Part shown: positions 21,199 through 31,251 of the stretch, piece after piece
How positions within the stretch are numbered: the first letter of the stretch is position 1
Layout: each line of letters starts with the position of its first letter
NCBI GenBank assembly: GCA_018830005.1
Contig: JAHJTE010000001.1
Span: 773,624-837,623, forward strand
DNA length: 64,000 nt
Reading direction: 5' to 3'
From: Candidatus Omnitrophota bacterium
GTDB lineage: Bacteria > Omnitrophota > Gorgyraeia > JAHJTE01
The notes under the pieces: generated by a model
Seen by the model: the letters and a program-made list of their open reading frames with translations, nothing else
The model's database searches: none
Told to the model about the DNA's origin: nothing
Translations under genes and position numbers: made by a program

Positions 21199-22144
21199 AC
21201 AGATGAATAAGAAAATCGCTTATATCTTTCCTGGTCAAGGTGCTCAATATCCAGGTATGGGCAAAGATCTATATGAGAGCTCTGAAGCTGCTAGGAGGAT
21301 TTTTGAAAAGGCTGATAATTTACTAGGGTTTTCATTAAGTAATATATGTTTTAACGCTTCCTCAGAAGAGTTGAAGCGCACTGACATATGTCAGCCAGCA
21401 ATTTTGACAGTAAATATTGCAGCACTTGCGGCCTTGGAAGAACACAATAACAATATTCCTTCAGCGAGTTTTTGCGCTGGGCTAAGCTTAGGAGAGTATG
21501 CTGGGCTTGTGGCAGCTGATGTTTTCACATTCGAAGATGCCTTGAAAATAGTCTGTAAACGTGGCCAATTTATGGAAGAGGCAGCAAGTAAGACTAAAGG
21601 GGCGATGGCAGCAATAATTGGCCTTGATGAAAAAATAGTGCGCAAGATTACCTCTGATTCTGGCGTCTATATTGCTAATTTGAATTGCCCAGGACAGATT
21701 GTAATTTCAGGTGAAGCAGAAAGGCTTAAAAAAGCAGCTCAGAGAGCGAAAGAGGCAGGCGCACTTAAGGTGATAAACTTAGAGGTAAGCGGGGCTTTTC
21801 ATTCACCGCTTATGAAAGAGGCCTCAGATAAACTTCTTGAGGAACTTTCCCGATATACGATAAATCCAGCGAAAACAGATATTGTTTTTAATGCTACTGC
21901 CCAACCTGCAGATTCTAGTCAGGATATAAAGGACAATCTAGTAAAGCAGGTTGCCTCAAGTGTACTTTGGGAGAATTCAATGCGTTACATTATAAATAAT
22001 GGTGTATCTTTATTTATTGAACTTGGTCCGGGAAAGGTGCTTAAAGGATTATTAAGGCGTATTGATTCATCTGTGGATGTCCTGAATCTGGCAAAGCAAA
22101 AGGATGTAGAAGAAGTTGTATCGCAATTAATGGCTGTCGTCTAA
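21188..22144 (+). CDS. fabD: Malonyl-CoA:ACP transacylase
   Basis: FPGQGAQYPGMG and GLSLGEY (active-site Ser) motifs. Confidence 0.9.
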   Translation: MNGEQMNKKIAYIFPGQGAQYPGMGKDLYESSEAARRIFEKADNLLGFSLSNICFNASSEELKRTDICQPAILTVNIAALAALEEHNNNIPSASFCAGLSLGEYAGLVAADVFTFEDALKIVCKRGQFMEEAASKTKGAMAAIIGLDEKIVRKITSDSGVYIANLNCPGQIVISGEAERLKKAAQRAKEAGALKVINLEVSGAFHSPLMKEASDKLLEELSRYTINPAKTDIVFNATAQPADSSQDIKDNLVKQVASSVLWENSMRYIINNGVSLFIELGPGKVLKGLLRRIDSSVDVLNLAKQKDVEEVVSQLMAVV

Positions 22145-22162
22145 ATATAAGGGGAATGGATT

Positions 22163-22906
22163 ATGAGATTAAAAGGCAAGCTTGCTTTGGTTACTGGCGC
22201 CGGCAGAGGTATTGGTAAGGAGATTGCTTCTTGCTTTGTGCGTGAAGGAGCAGATTTGATTATTTGTGATGTGCAACCAGAGTTGGTAGAAGAGGCTGCA
22301 AGAGACCTTTCTAAAACAGGCACTAAAGTGGAAGGCCTTGTGAATGATGTTACGGATTCTAAGCAAACTACTGAAATGGTAAACAAAATTCTTGACAAAT
22401 TCTCCAAGATTGATATATTAGTTAACAACGCAGGTATCACGCGAGATAATCTTATTATTAAAATGACTGAAGACGATTGGGATAAGGTTATCGCCGTGAA
22501 TTTAAAAGGCGCTTTTAATTGTATAAAAGCCGTTACGCGTTCTTTCTTAAAGCAAAGACACGGAAAGATTATTAATGTTGCTTCAATTATTGGCATAATG
22601 GGTAATGCCGGCCAGGCTAATTATGCTGCATCTAAGGCAGGCATCATTGGCCTGACAAAAGCAGTTGCAAGAGAGTTTGGTTCTCGCGGTATCAACGTTA
22701 ATGCAATTGCTCCTGGATTCATTCAAACAGCTATGACGGATAAATTAAGCAAAGAAGTTCAGGAGAAGATGCTTGCTCAGATTCCGCTAGGCAGATTCGG
22801 CAAGCCAAAAGACGTGGCAGATCTGTGTTTGTTCCTGGCGAGTGAAGATTCAAGTTACATTACCGGTCAGGTATTCATTATAGATGGCGGGATGTTTATG
22901 CAGTAG
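22163..22906 (+). CDS. fabG: 3-oxoacyl-ACP reductase (SDR)
   Basis: TGAGRGIG Rossmann motif, NNAGI, YAASKAG catalytic tetrad region; 247 aa. Confidence 0.9.
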   Translation: MRLKGKLALVTGAGRGIGKEIASCFVREGADLIICDVQPELVEEAARDLSKTGTKVEGLVNDVTDSKQTTEMVNKILDKFSKIDILVNNAGITRDNLIIKMTEDDWDKVIAVNLKGAFNCIKAVTRSFLKQRHGKIINVASIIGIMGNAGQANYAASKAGIIGLTKAVAREFGSRGINVNAIAPGFIQTAMTDKLSKEVQEKMLAQIPLGRFGKPKDVADLCLFLASEDSSYITGQVFIIDGGMFMQ

Positions 22907-22964
22907 GTGTAGGCGAAAATAATTTTTTGGGATTCAAGTTCAAACACATAAAGGAGGAAGGCAC

Positions 22965-23207
22965 ATGGCAGTAGGCGAAAAAGTGAAGTCAATCATTGCA
23001 GAGCAGTTAGGAGTTAAGGAAGAGGAAGTAACTCCTAAAGCTTCATTTATTGATGATTTAGGAGCAGATTCTTTGGATACAGTAGAATTAGTTATGGCAT
23101 TAGAGGAAGAATTTGGTATTGAGATACCTGATGAAGACGCAGAGAAGATGTCCACAGTAGGCGAAGCCATAAAATACATCGAAGAAAAAACAGTCAGCAA
23201 AAAATAA
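22965..23207 (+). CDS. acpP: Acyl carrier protein
   Basis: [21 protein letters not shown] carries the phosphopantetheine-attachment Ser motif. Confidence 0.95.
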   Translation: MAVGEKVKSIIAEQLGVKEEEVTPKASFIDDLGADSLDTVELVMALEEEFGIEIPDEDAEKMSTVGEAIKYIEEKTVSKK

Positions 23208-23237
23208 GTGCAAAAGAGTATTCTTTATAGACGAAAA

Positions 23238-23270
23238 AAGCCCCGACTAATAATCGGGGCGTCGTATTTT
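23238..23270 (+). terminator. Hairpin plus short T-tract after acpP (partial terminator/attenuator ahead of fabF)
   Basis: aagccccgactaataatcggggcgtcgtatttt. Confidence 0.4.
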
Positions 23271-23313
23271 ATATACTGCGTTAAATAATTAAAGATTTGA
23301 TTACGAAAACAAT

Positions 23314-24555
23314 ATGAAAAGAAGAGTTGTTGCTACAGGCCTAGGTGTAATTTCGCCTCTTGGTAATGATATAAAGATTTTCTGGGATAATCTTGTTAAA
23401 GGTAGGAGTGGTATAAGTAAGCTGACCGCCTTTGATCCCACAGGGTTTTCTTCCCAGATTGCAGGTGAAGCTAGGGACTTTGATCCTTCTCTCTATATGG
23501 AGAAGAAGGAGGTAAAGCGCACAGCCAGGTTTGTCCAGTTTGCTGTTGCTGCGGCAAGACAGGCATTAGCTGATTCCAAGATTAATTTAGAACAAGAGGA
23601 CCCAAATCGCATCGGCGTTTTAGTTGGTTCTGGAATTGGCAGTTTAAAAGTAATCGAAGATGAAACGAGGCGCTATCTAGAGAAAGGCCCCAGAAAGATA
23701 TCGCCATTCTTAATACCAACGTTAATCGTAAATGAGGCAGCAGGCTGGATTTCTATTATTTTTAAGTTGAAAGGTCCAACTTCCTGTGTGGCAACTGCCT
23801 GTGCTACAGGCAACCACGCAATTGGAGATGCATTCAGGATTATCCAGCGTGGCGACGCAGATGTTATGATCTGCGGCGGCACTGAAAGCGCTATTACTCC
23901 TTTGGGAGTAGGCGGATTTTGCGCGCTTAAGGCCTTAAGCAGCAGGAATGATACACCTGAGACTGCAAGTCGGCCTTTTGACAAAGATAGAGATGGTTTT
24001 GTAATTTCAGAAGGGGCTGGCATTGTTGTTTTAGAGCTCTTAGAGCATGCCCAAAAACGCTCTGCACCCATTTACTGCGAGCTTGTTGGTTATGGCATGA
24101 GTTCTGATGCCTATCATGTTACTGCGCCTGATCCTACTGCTGATGGTCCATCGCGTGCAATTAAAATAGCTTTAGATGATGCAAATCTTAAGCCAGAAGA
24201 TGTAAATTATATAAATGCACATGGGACCTCTACAATACTTAATGATCGCATTGAGACCAAGGCCATAAAAATTGTTTTTGGTGATTACGCAAAGAGAATT
24301 GCTGTTAGTTCCACAAAATCTATGACCGGACATTTATTAGGAGGTGCCGGTGGCGTAGAATTCATTGCCTTAAGTTTTTCCATAAGAGATGGAATCGTTC
24401 CACCCACAATCAATTATCACAATCCTGATCCGGAGTGCGATCTTGATTATGTCCCCAATGAAGCTCGCCGCGTGAATGTGCAAGTCGGGCTTTCTAATGC
24501 TTTAGGCTTCGGCGGTCACAACGCCACCCTCGCTGCAAAAAAGTTTAGTGGATAG
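23314..24555 (+). CDS. fabF: 3-oxoacyl-ACP synthase II
   Basis: KAS I/II family: ..ATACATGNHAIGDA.. (active-site Cys), ..NAHGTST.. and ..GHLLGGAG.. motifs. Confidence 0.9.
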   Translation: MKRRVVATGLGVISPLGNDIKIFWDNLVKGRSGISKLTAFDPTGFSSQIAGEARDFDPSLYMEKKEVKRTARFVQFAVAAARQALADSKINLEQEDPNRIGVLVGSGIGSLKVIEDETRRYLEKGPRKISPFLIPTLIVNEAAGWISIIFKLKGPTSCVATACATGNHAIGDAFRIIQRGDADVMICGGTESAITPLGVGGFCALKALSSRNDTPETASRPFDKDRDGFVISEGAGIVVLELLEHAQKRSAPIYCELVGYGMSSDAYHVTAPDPTADGPSRAIKIALDDANLKPEDVNYINAHGTSTILNDRIETKAIKIVFGDYAKRIAVSSTKSMTGHLLGGAGGVEFIALSFSIRDGIVPPTINYHNPDPECDLDYVPNEARRVNVQVGLSNALGFGGHNATLAAKKFSG

Positions 24556-24620
24556 CTTAAATCCTAATTTCAAATACTACAAAATCCAAAATTTTTTGGT
24601 ATGTATTTTTATTTTATACT

Positions 24621-25892
24621 ATGGGTTACACAATAGCAGAAAAGATATTATTAAGTCATTCTGAGAAAGACAGGATTTCTCCCGGTGAATTTATCTGGGC
24701 TGATGTTGATTTCTGTCTGGGTAATGATATTACAGCACCTTTAGCAATTGAAGAATTTAAGAATCTTAAGGCCAATAAGGTATTTGACCCTGAAAGAATA
24801 GCCCTTATTCCAGACCATTTTACTCCAGCCAAGGATTTTAAGGCTGCAAATGCTGTTAATATCTTGAAGGAATTTTCTCGCCAATACAACATCAGACATT
24901 TCTATGAGGTCGGGCGCGTAGGGATTGAGCATGCGCTTCTTCCTGAATTAGGATTAGTGGGCCCAGGAGATTTGGTTATCGGAGCTGATTCTCATACCTG
25001 CACATACGGAGCCCTAGGTGCCTTTGCTACAGGAGTTGGCTCGACAGATTTAGGTGCTTGTCTTGCTACTGGCAAGGTTTGGTTAAAGGTGCCAGAATCA
25101 ATAAAATTTATTTATAAAGGGAAACCTTCCAAGTGGGTCAGCGGAAAAGATATAATTCTTTACACAATAGCTGATATAGGCGTTGATGGTGCAAACTACA
25201 TGTCAATGGAATTCAGTGGTCAGGCAATCACTAGTTTGGCCATAGAAGAGCGTTTTGCAATTTCTAATATGGCGATTGAAGCTGGAGCAAAGGCAGGCAT
25301 TATTGCACCTGATAAAACTACATTAGCCTACTTAAAGCAGGCGAAATACCCTCGCATTAAAAAGGCAGGAAATCTTCAATCAGATTCCGATGCAAGATAT
25401 GCCTTAATCAAGGAATATGATATTAAGAGTTGGGAGCCGGCTGTGGCATGTCCGCATCTACCTAGCAATGTCAAGGCAGTGAGTGAACTTGAAGATATCA
25501 AGATAAATCAGGTGGTTATCGGTTCTTGTACTAATGGTTATTTGAATGATTTAAGGATTGCCGCTAAGATTATAAGAGGACAATCAGTCCATCCAGATGT
25601 GCGTTTGATTGTTATACCAGCAACGCAAAAGATTTATCTTGCCGCAGTAAGAGAAGGACTGGCTGAAATTTTCGTTAAGGCAGGAGGCGTATTTTCGACT
25701 CCTACTTGTGGACCCTGCCTTGGCGGGCATATGGGGATTCTAGATAAAGGCGAGGTTGCCTTAGCAACAACCAATAGAAATTTTCTAGGCAGAATGGGCC
25801 ATGCGGAAAGTTTCCTGTATTTGTCTAATTCGGCAGTGGCAGCAGCCTCAGCGATTAAAGGACGCATAGCGCATCCAGAAGAGGTCATGTAG
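24621..25892 (+). CDS. leuC: 3-isopropylmalate dehydratase large subunit (short, archaeal/'type II' aconitase-family LeuC)
   Basis: Aconitase-family Fe-S ligand regions (..GSCTNG.., ..[11 protein letters not shown]..). 423 aa. Paired with leuD and leuB. Confidence 0.75.
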   Translation: MGYTIAEKILLSHSEKDRISPGEFIWADVDFCLGNDITAPLAIEEFKNLKANKVFDPERIALIPDHFTPAKDFKAANAVNILKEFSRQYNIRHFYEVGRVGIEHALLPELGLVGPGDLVIGADSHTCTYGALGAFATGVGSTDLGACLATGKVWLKVPESIKFIYKGKPSKWVSGKDIILYTIADIGVDGANYMSMEFSGQAITSLAIEERFAISNMAIEAGAKAGIIAPDKTTLAYLKQAKYPRIKKAGNLQSDSDARYALIKEYDIKSWEPAVACPHLPSNVKAVSELEDIKINQVVIGSCTNGYLNDLRIAAKIIRGQSVHPDVRLIVIPATQKIYLAAVREGLAEIFVKAGGVFSTPTCGPCLGGHMGILDKGEVALATTNRNFLGRMGHAESFLYLSNSAVAAASAIKGRIAHPEEVM

Positions 25893-25894
25893 CG

Positions 25895-26380
25895 ATGATA
25901 ATAAAAGGTAAGGTTCATAAATTCGCTGATAACGTCAATACTGATGAGATAATCGCCTCGCGTTATCTTAATGCTACTGATCCAAAGGAATTAGGCTCAC
26001 ATTGCATGGAAATCTTAGATAAAGATTTCTCAAAAAATGTAGTTAAGGGTGATATAATAGTAGCTGGTAGGAATTTTGGTTGTGGTTCAAGCAGGCAACA
26101 TGCCCCCTTGGCAATAAAGGGCGTAGGAATATCCTGTGTTATAGCCTTGAGTTTTGCGAGGATATTCTACCGCAATTGCCTAAACTTAGGTCTACCTATT
26201 TTAGAGATTAAAGGGGCTGATAAGATAACTCCTGGATCAGAATTAGAGATTGATTTGGCAAGCGGCCGGATAGTAGATACCACTAATAATAATGTATTTC
26301 AAGCAGCTGCCTACCCTGAATTTATGCGATCAATCATTAATGCCGGCGGATTGATTAATTGGCTTCGAATGCAGACATAG
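25895..26380 (+). CDS. leuD: 3-isopropylmalate dehydratase small subunit
   Basis: Aconitase swivel-domain protein of 161 aa (..[13 protein letters not shown]..); its start lies 3 nt after the leuC stop. Confidence 0.8.
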   Translation: MIIKGKVHKFADNVNTDEIIASRYLNATDPKELGSHCMEILDKDFSKNVVKGDIIVAGRNFGCGSSRQHAPLAIKGVGISCVIALSFARIFYRNCLNLGLPILEIKGADKITPGSELEIDLASGRIVDTTNNNVFQAAAYPEFMRSIINAGGLINWLRMQT

Positions 26381-26410
26381 GCTATAGTCTCATTTAGGAG
26401 GGATAAAAAA

Positions 26411-26692
26411 ATGAAGGCAGAGCGAGATGTAATCAAGGTAGGTATTGTTACGGAACATCATAAGCTGGTCGGTAATATCCATATTGTTCCGGGTGGCAGG
26501 ATAACTGATTTTCTTTCCTCCCGGGCAGGGGGAAATTTCATACCTATTACTGATGTGAAGGTATTCTCAGTCGGAGATGAAAAATTACTTATGGAGACCG
26601 ATTTTTTAACTGTGAATACGAACTTTATTGTCTTGCTTTATCCTATGGGTAAAGATAGAGCATCCAAGGAGGGTTTTAAGAAAGATGCTTAA
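26411..26692 (+). CDS. Small conserved-looking hypothetical protein (93 aa) embedded between leuD and leuB
   Basis: SD-like ggaggg lies 8 nt upstream. The stop overlaps the leuB ATG by 8 nt, suggesting translational coupling. No recognisable motif. Confidence 0.45.
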   Translation: MKAERDVIKVGIVTEHHKLVGNIHIVPGGRITDFLSSRAGGNFIPITDVKVFSVGDEKLLMETDFLTVNTNFIVLLYPMGKDRASKEGFKKDA

Positions 26693-27734
26693 AATAGCTG
26701 TTATACCGGGTGACGGTACAGGGCCAGAAGTAGTTAGGGAAGGCTTAAAGGTATTAAAGGAAGTTGCAAAAAAATACAATATAAGCTATGAGACTAAAAC
26801 CTTTCCTTTTGGCGGAGAATATTATCTCAAGAATAAGGTTCCCATGCCTGGCGATGCACTCGAGGAATTAAAGCAATTTTCATGCATATTTTTAGGCGCC
26901 ATTGGTCATCCCAAGGTAAAACCAGGAATTCTAGAATTAGGAATTTTGTTAAAAATCAGATTCGGTCTAGATCAGTATATAAATTTAAGGCCGATTAAAT
27001 TGTTTGATGAGAGATTTTGTCCTTTAAAAGATAAAACTAGCAAGGATGTTGATTTTGTAGTTGTAAGGGAAAATTCAGAAGGCCTATATAAAGGTATGGG
27101 CGATTTTACTGACAAGGGCACAAAGCAGGAGATTGCAAGGCAGATTTCTTATAATACGCGTAAAGGCGTAGAACGTTGTATTCGTTATGCCTTTGAATTT
27201 ACGAAAAAACGCAACAAAAACAAGAGGCTCACGCTTTGCGGTAAAACTAATGTTCTCACATATGCCTGGGATTTATGGGAGAGAACGTTTCAGGAGATCG
27301 CTGGAGAATATCCAGATGTTTCGACTGATTATGCCCATGTTGATGCTACCTGTATGTGGATGGTAAAGAATCCAGAATGGTTTGACGTAATTGTTACTGA
27401 TAATATGTTCGGAGACATAATTACAGATTTGGGTGCTATGGTTCAAGGCGGTATGGGCATTGCAGCAGGCGGAAATATTAGTCCTAGCGGCGTATCAATG
27501 TTTGAGCCTATCGGAGGTTCTGCTCCAAAATATACGGGAAAAGATGTAATCAATCCCTTGGCAGCAATTTGTGCTTTATCCATGATGCTAGAGGAGGCAG
27601 GTCAGGGCAAGGCAGCAGAGACAGTAGAAAATGCTGTAATTAAGGTTGTGCGCACGAAACTAAAATCGCTCTCAGCTGGTAAGATGGGGTACTCAACGAG
27701 TGAAGTAGGCGATTTAGTAGTAGAAAATTTATAA
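26685..27734 (+). CDS. leuB: 3-isopropylmalate dehydrogenase (isocitrate/isopropylmalate DH family). The true start MLKIAV lies at 26685; the ORF-track start at 26628 is an extension.
   Basis: [16 protein letters not shown].. N-terminus typical of the family; ..[12 protein letters not shown].. motif. Confidence 0.8.
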   Translation: MLKIAVIPGDGTGPEVVREGLKVLKEVAKKYNISYETKTFPFGGEYYLKNKVPMPGDALEELKQFSCIFLGAIGHPKVKPGILELGILLKIRFGLDQYINLRPIKLFDERFCPLKDKTSKDVDFVVVRENSEGLYKGMGDFTDKGTKQEIARQISYNTRKGVERCIRYAFEFTKKRNKNKRLTLCGKTNVLTYAWDLWERTFQEIAGEYPDVSTDYAHVDATCMWMVKNPEWFDVIVTDNMFGDIITDLGAMVQGGMGIAAGGNISPSGVSMFEPIGGSAPKYTGKDVINPLAAICALSMMLEEAGQGKAAETVENAVIKVVRTKLKSLSAGKMGYSTSEVGDLVVENL

Positions 27735-27753
27735 TTATTTAGCGGATAGTAAA

Positions 27754-28764
27754 ATGAAGATGAATAAAAAGAGTAAATACAATGTAGCTGTTGTTGGTGT
27801 TGGTGTTGTGGGTATTGAAATGTTACGCTGTTTAAAACAGCGCGCGTTCCCAATAAATGAGTTACGTATATTTGCGCGCTCTGCTCGAGAAATTAGCGTA
27901 GACAATCATATTTACAAGGTAGGGGCAGTTAGTCCGGAAGGTTTCCAGAATATAGATATAGTATTTTTTGCCGGAACAGAGGGAGAGAAGGGCGCTGCAG
28001 TAACTTTTGCGCCTGAGGCAGTTCGATGCGGTGCAGTAGTTATTGATAATGGCGCTGATTTTCGTCTTAAAAAGACAGTGCCATTAGTTGTTCCTGAGGT
28101 GAATCCTAAGGATGTAGCCAGACATAAGGGTATTATTGCCAATCCAAACTGCTCTACTATTCAAATGGTAGTAGCAATTTGGCCGATAAAAAAGAGCGTA
28201 GGATTAAAAAGGATAATAGTCTCTAGCTATCAGGCAGTCTCAGGCGCTGGCCGCAGCGGTGTAATTCAACTTGAAAATGAACTAAAAGGTAGAGAGGTGG
28301 CGGGTGGCGCATTTGCCTATTTAATAGCTAATAATATCATCCCTCAGATAGGAGACTTTGGTAGAGCAGATTATACTTCTGAAGAGTGGAAGATGGTTCA
28401 TGAAACCCATAAGATTCTGCATGATGAATCAATTAAGATTTCTGCTACTTGTGCCAGGGTTCCGGTGATAACCGGACATTGTGAGGCAATATATCTTGAA
28501 ACTAAAAAGGGCATAAGCGTAGAAAACATAAGAAAGCTCCTAAGCAAGAATCCAGGTATTAAAGTAATTGATGAGCCAAAAAAAGGACTCTATCCTTTAC
28601 CTATTGTTGCTGAAGGTAAAGATGAGGTCTTCGTTGGCCGCATAAGAAAAGACCCATTTCAAAAGAACGGCTTCTGGCTGTGGGTAGTATCTGATAATCT
28701 GCGTAAAGGCGCAGCATTGAACGCCATTCAGATTGCAGAACTTTTAATAAAGCGCAAAGCGTAA
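27754..28764 (+). CDS. asd: Aspartate-semialdehyde dehydrogenase
   Basis: VAVVGVGVVG NAD-binding site, NPNCSTI (active-site Cys) and ..SGAG.. motifs. Confidence 0.9.
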   Translation: MKMNKKSKYNVAVVGVGVVGIEMLRCLKQRAFPINELRIFARSAREISVDNHIYKVGAVSPEGFQNIDIVFFAGTEGEKGAAVTFAPEAVRCGAVVIDNGADFRLKKTVPLVVPEVNPKDVARHKGIIANPNCSTIQMVVAIWPIKKSVGLKRIIVSSYQAVSGAGRSGVIQLENELKGREVAGGAFAYLIANNIIPQIGDFGRADYTSEEWKMVHETHKILHDESIKISATCARVPVITGHCEAIYLETKKGISVENIRKLLSKNPGIKVIDEPKKGLYPLPIVAEGKDEVFVGRIRKDPFQKNGFWLWVVSDNLRKGAALNAIQIAELLIKRKA

Positions 28765-28840
28765 AACTAGATTGCAAAACTTAAAAGTTTTTTAGTCTTT
28801 GAGTTTTCGTTTTGCGCTTTTTGCTTTAGACCTTTAACTT

Positions 28841-29623
28841 ATGAGAAATATTAAGCTTAGCATCTCTTATGACGGAACTAATTACTGTGGATGGCAGGTC
28901 CAAAAAAATAGAGGCGAGAGGAGGTCTATCCAGGGAGTTATTGAAAAGACCTTAAAAAAGATTTTGCAGGAGAGGGTTAGACTTATCGGCTCTGGTAGGA
29001 CTGATGCTGGCGTGCATGCCTTGGGTCAGGTAGCAAATTTTAAGACCACCTCAACAATAGAGGCAGTTAATATCAAACGCGCCTTAAATTCTTTATTGCC
29101 GCAGGATATAAAAATATCCAGTGCATCTGAAGTGGATTTAGGTTTTCATTCTCAGCACGGAGCTAAACTTAAGACCTATCAGTATCTCATACTTAATAGC
29201 AGAGATTCCAATCCGCTATTATTTCGTTATGTGCATCAGGTTGCCTTTTCTCTAGATATTCCTCTTATGGCTGCTGAGTTGCGTCTTCTAAGAGGCAGGC
29301 ATAACTTTAAGTCCTTTTGTGCAAGTGGCTCAAAGGTGAAAAGTACTACCAGGACCGTAAAGAAATTGGCTTTAAGAACCAGTGCCAAATTCTCTGCTTG
29401 GGACTTGATGAATAAGGCAAGATTGGTTATAATTAGCATAGAGGCTGATGGGTTTCTTTATAACATGGTAAGAAATATTGTCGGGACATTGATTGATATT
29501 GGCCGTGGCCATCTAAAAAAAGGCGATATGAAGAGAATCCTGAAGGCTAAGGACAGGAGATTAGCCGGCTCAACAGCTCCTGCAAAAGGGCTGTATCTTT
29601 GTGAGGTTAAATATAAGAAATGA
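28841..29623 (+). CDS. truA: tRNA pseudouridine(38-40) synthase
   Basis: GSGRTDAGVHALGQVANF carries the catalytic Asp motif. Confidence 0.9.
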   Translation: MRNIKLSISYDGTNYCGWQVQKNRGERRSIQGVIEKTLKKILQERVRLIGSGRTDAGVHALGQVANFKTTSTIEAVNIKRALNSLLPQDIKISSASEVDLGFHSQHGAKLKTYQYLILNSRDSNPLLFRYVHQVAFSLDIPLMAAELRLLRGRHNFKSFCASGSKVKSTTRTVKKLALRTSAKFSAWDLMNKARLVIISIEADGFLYNMVRNIVGTLIDIGRGHLKKGDMKRILKAKDRRLAGSTAPAKGLYLCEVKYKK

Positions 29624-30123
29624 TTAGACAGATTTCAGAGTGGTCAGTTAGATTGTCCAAAAGTATTAATAATAAAGCAGCCGTGAATTTATATGCTGTG
29701 ATAATTATGGTTGTTGTCTTAGCTATTCTGGCTGCTGCAGCAGTAGTGAGAGTAACCAATATCCAAGGTGACGCTACTTTATTGAGTGAGGAGGCCCTGT
29801 TACGCTCGCTTACTAAGGCTGCGATGCTTTATAACGTAGAGAATGATGATTGGTATGGCCGCAATGCTAATGATGATATTTTTGCCGAATTTTTACAAGA
29901 TCCGCCACCCCATTCTACCGCGACTACTCTCTTTGAACTTCTTGATTTGAGCGGAGGCCCTGATGAGGAATGGGAGCTTTATTATTTTTCGGCTAATGAG
30001 TGGTATATAGGTTGTCCTCATCTCCGAGGAATTTCTGCGAGTGGGGGTGGTACAGCGTGGCGTTTCTTCGTTGAAGGAGGCAAAGTTGAACTTTTGTGGG
30101 GACCAAACCACATTTGGCCTTGA
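29620..30123 (+). CDS. Hypothetical membrane-anchored protein (167 aa); its start overlaps the truA stop
   Basis: An N-terminal hydrophobic helix (AVIIMVVVLAILAAAAVV) is followed by an acidic, W/Y-rich domain. It lacks the G-F-T-L-I-E prepilin motif. No family recognised. Confidence 0.4.
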   Translation: MIRQISEWSVRLSKSINNKAAVNLYAVIIMVVVLAILAAAAVVRVTNIQGDATLLSEEALLRSLTKAAMLYNVENDDWYGRNANDDIFAEFLQDPPPHSTATTLFELLDLSGGPDEEWELYYFSANEWYIGCPHLRGISASGGGTAWRFFVEGGKVELLWGPNHIWP

Positions 30124-30144
30124 GGAGTGAGATGACAATTTATA

Positions 30145-30173
30145 TTGACACATGAGCTTGTTTTTGCTATAGT
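30145..30173 (+). promoter_or_regulatory. Sigma70-like promoter TTGACA-17-TATAGT for rplM-rpsI
   Basis: ttgaca (30145-30150), 17-nt spacer, tatagt (30168-30173). Confidence 0.45.
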
Positions 30174-30182
30174 TACACCCTT

Positions 30183-30626
30183 ATGAAAATTAAGCGAAAT
30201 CGTACATACTTACCAAAAAAGCAAGAAATTAAACGCAGGTGGTATATTGTTGATGCCGAGAATATGGTACTGGGCAGGATTGCAGCCAAAATTGCCACTG
30301 TATTAAGAGGTAAGAATAAGCCGCAATTTACTCCACATCTTGATACCGGAGATGGGGTTATTGTAATCAATGCCCAAAAAGTGAGGGTTACAGGAAAAAA
30401 GGGTCAGGATAAGATTTATCAGCGTTATTCAGGATACCCCAGTGGGTTGAAAGAAATAAACCTTAACGAACTGATGAGCAAAAAGCCACAACTCGTTATC
30501 ACAAATGCAGTTAAGAATATGCTCCCTGACAATAAGTTGAAGAGAGTCGTTCTTAAAAGGTTAAAGATATATAAAGATGAGGTACATCCTCATTCTGGCC
30601 AAAACCCAGTTAAATTAGAGATTTAA
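30183..30626 (+). CDS. rplM: 50S ribosomal protein L13
   Basis: ..RRWYIVDAENMVLGRIAAKIATVLRGKNKPQFTPHLDTGD.. Confidence 0.95.
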   Translation: MKIKRNRTYLPKKQEIKRRWYIVDAENMVLGRIAAKIATVLRGKNKPQFTPHLDTGDGVIVINAQKVRVTGKKGQDKIYQRYSGYPSGLKEINLNELMSKKPQLVITNAVKNMLPDNKLKRVVLKRLKIYKDEVHPHSGQNPVKLEI

Positions 30627-31022
30627 ATGAGTGAGATTAGTAAATATAAAGGTTTAGGTAGGCGCAAAGAGTCAGTTGCGCAGGTAATTTTACAGCCAGG
30701 CAAAGGCGGCATCCAGGTTAATAGTCTTGATTGGCAACAGTATTTCAAGCGCGAGACTGACCGCTTATTAATCTGCCAACCTTTAGAGCAGACAGGAAAT
30801 TCCAACAAATTTGATATTATGATTAAGGTAAGCGGGGGTGGGATTTCTGGTCAGGCTGGCGCAACCAGGCTTGCCATAGTCAGGGCCTTGCTTTTAGCGC
30901 AACCCGACTCTAAAACAGTGCTTAAAAAATTCGGATTTCTTACTAGGGATTCACGCATGAAAGAACGTAAGAAATTTGGACGAAAAGGGGCAAGAAAGAG
31001 GTTTCAGTGGACTAAACGATAA
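30627..31022 (+). CDS. rpsI: 30S ribosomal protein S9
   Basis: ..GGGISGQAGATRLAIVRAL.. and a C-terminal KKFGRKGARKRFQWTKR. Confidence 0.95.
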   Translation: MSEISKYKGLGRRKESVAQVILQPGKGGIQVNSLDWQQYFKRETDRLLICQPLEQTGNSNKFDIMIKVSGGGISGQAGATRLAIVRALLLAQPDSKTVLKKFGFLTRDSRMKERKKFGRKGARKRFQWTKR

Positions 31023-31046
31023 ACGAACCATAATTTCAGATAGAGA

Positions 31047-31077
31047 ATCCGCTAGAGACCCTAGCGGATTTTTTTTA
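31047..31077 (+). terminator. Rho-independent terminator after rpsI
   Basis: atccgctagagaccctagcggat followed by T9. Confidence 0.8.
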
Positions 31078-31251
31078 TGCATTTGGCGATTGAACTCATT
31101 TCTAGATAAGGGGTTGTGCATCATGATCTGATATTTGTAGGCATTTATACAGTCGGGAGTAGGCGGAAATACTTATTGACCCTGTTAGAAATTGTGATAA
31201 GATGTTATTCTTAGCTTATGTCAGTATTTTGATTCTGATAGAGGAAAAATT

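Noticed and set aside
24621-25892. Reassigning the LeuC-like gene as homoaconitase of an AAA lysine pathway
   Set aside because: A complete DAP lysine pathway (dapA, B, L, F, lysA) is present in the same window, and the gene is linked to leuD and leuB. LeuC is therefore the simpler call. Homoaconitase or methanogen-type HACN cannot be excluded without phylogeny.
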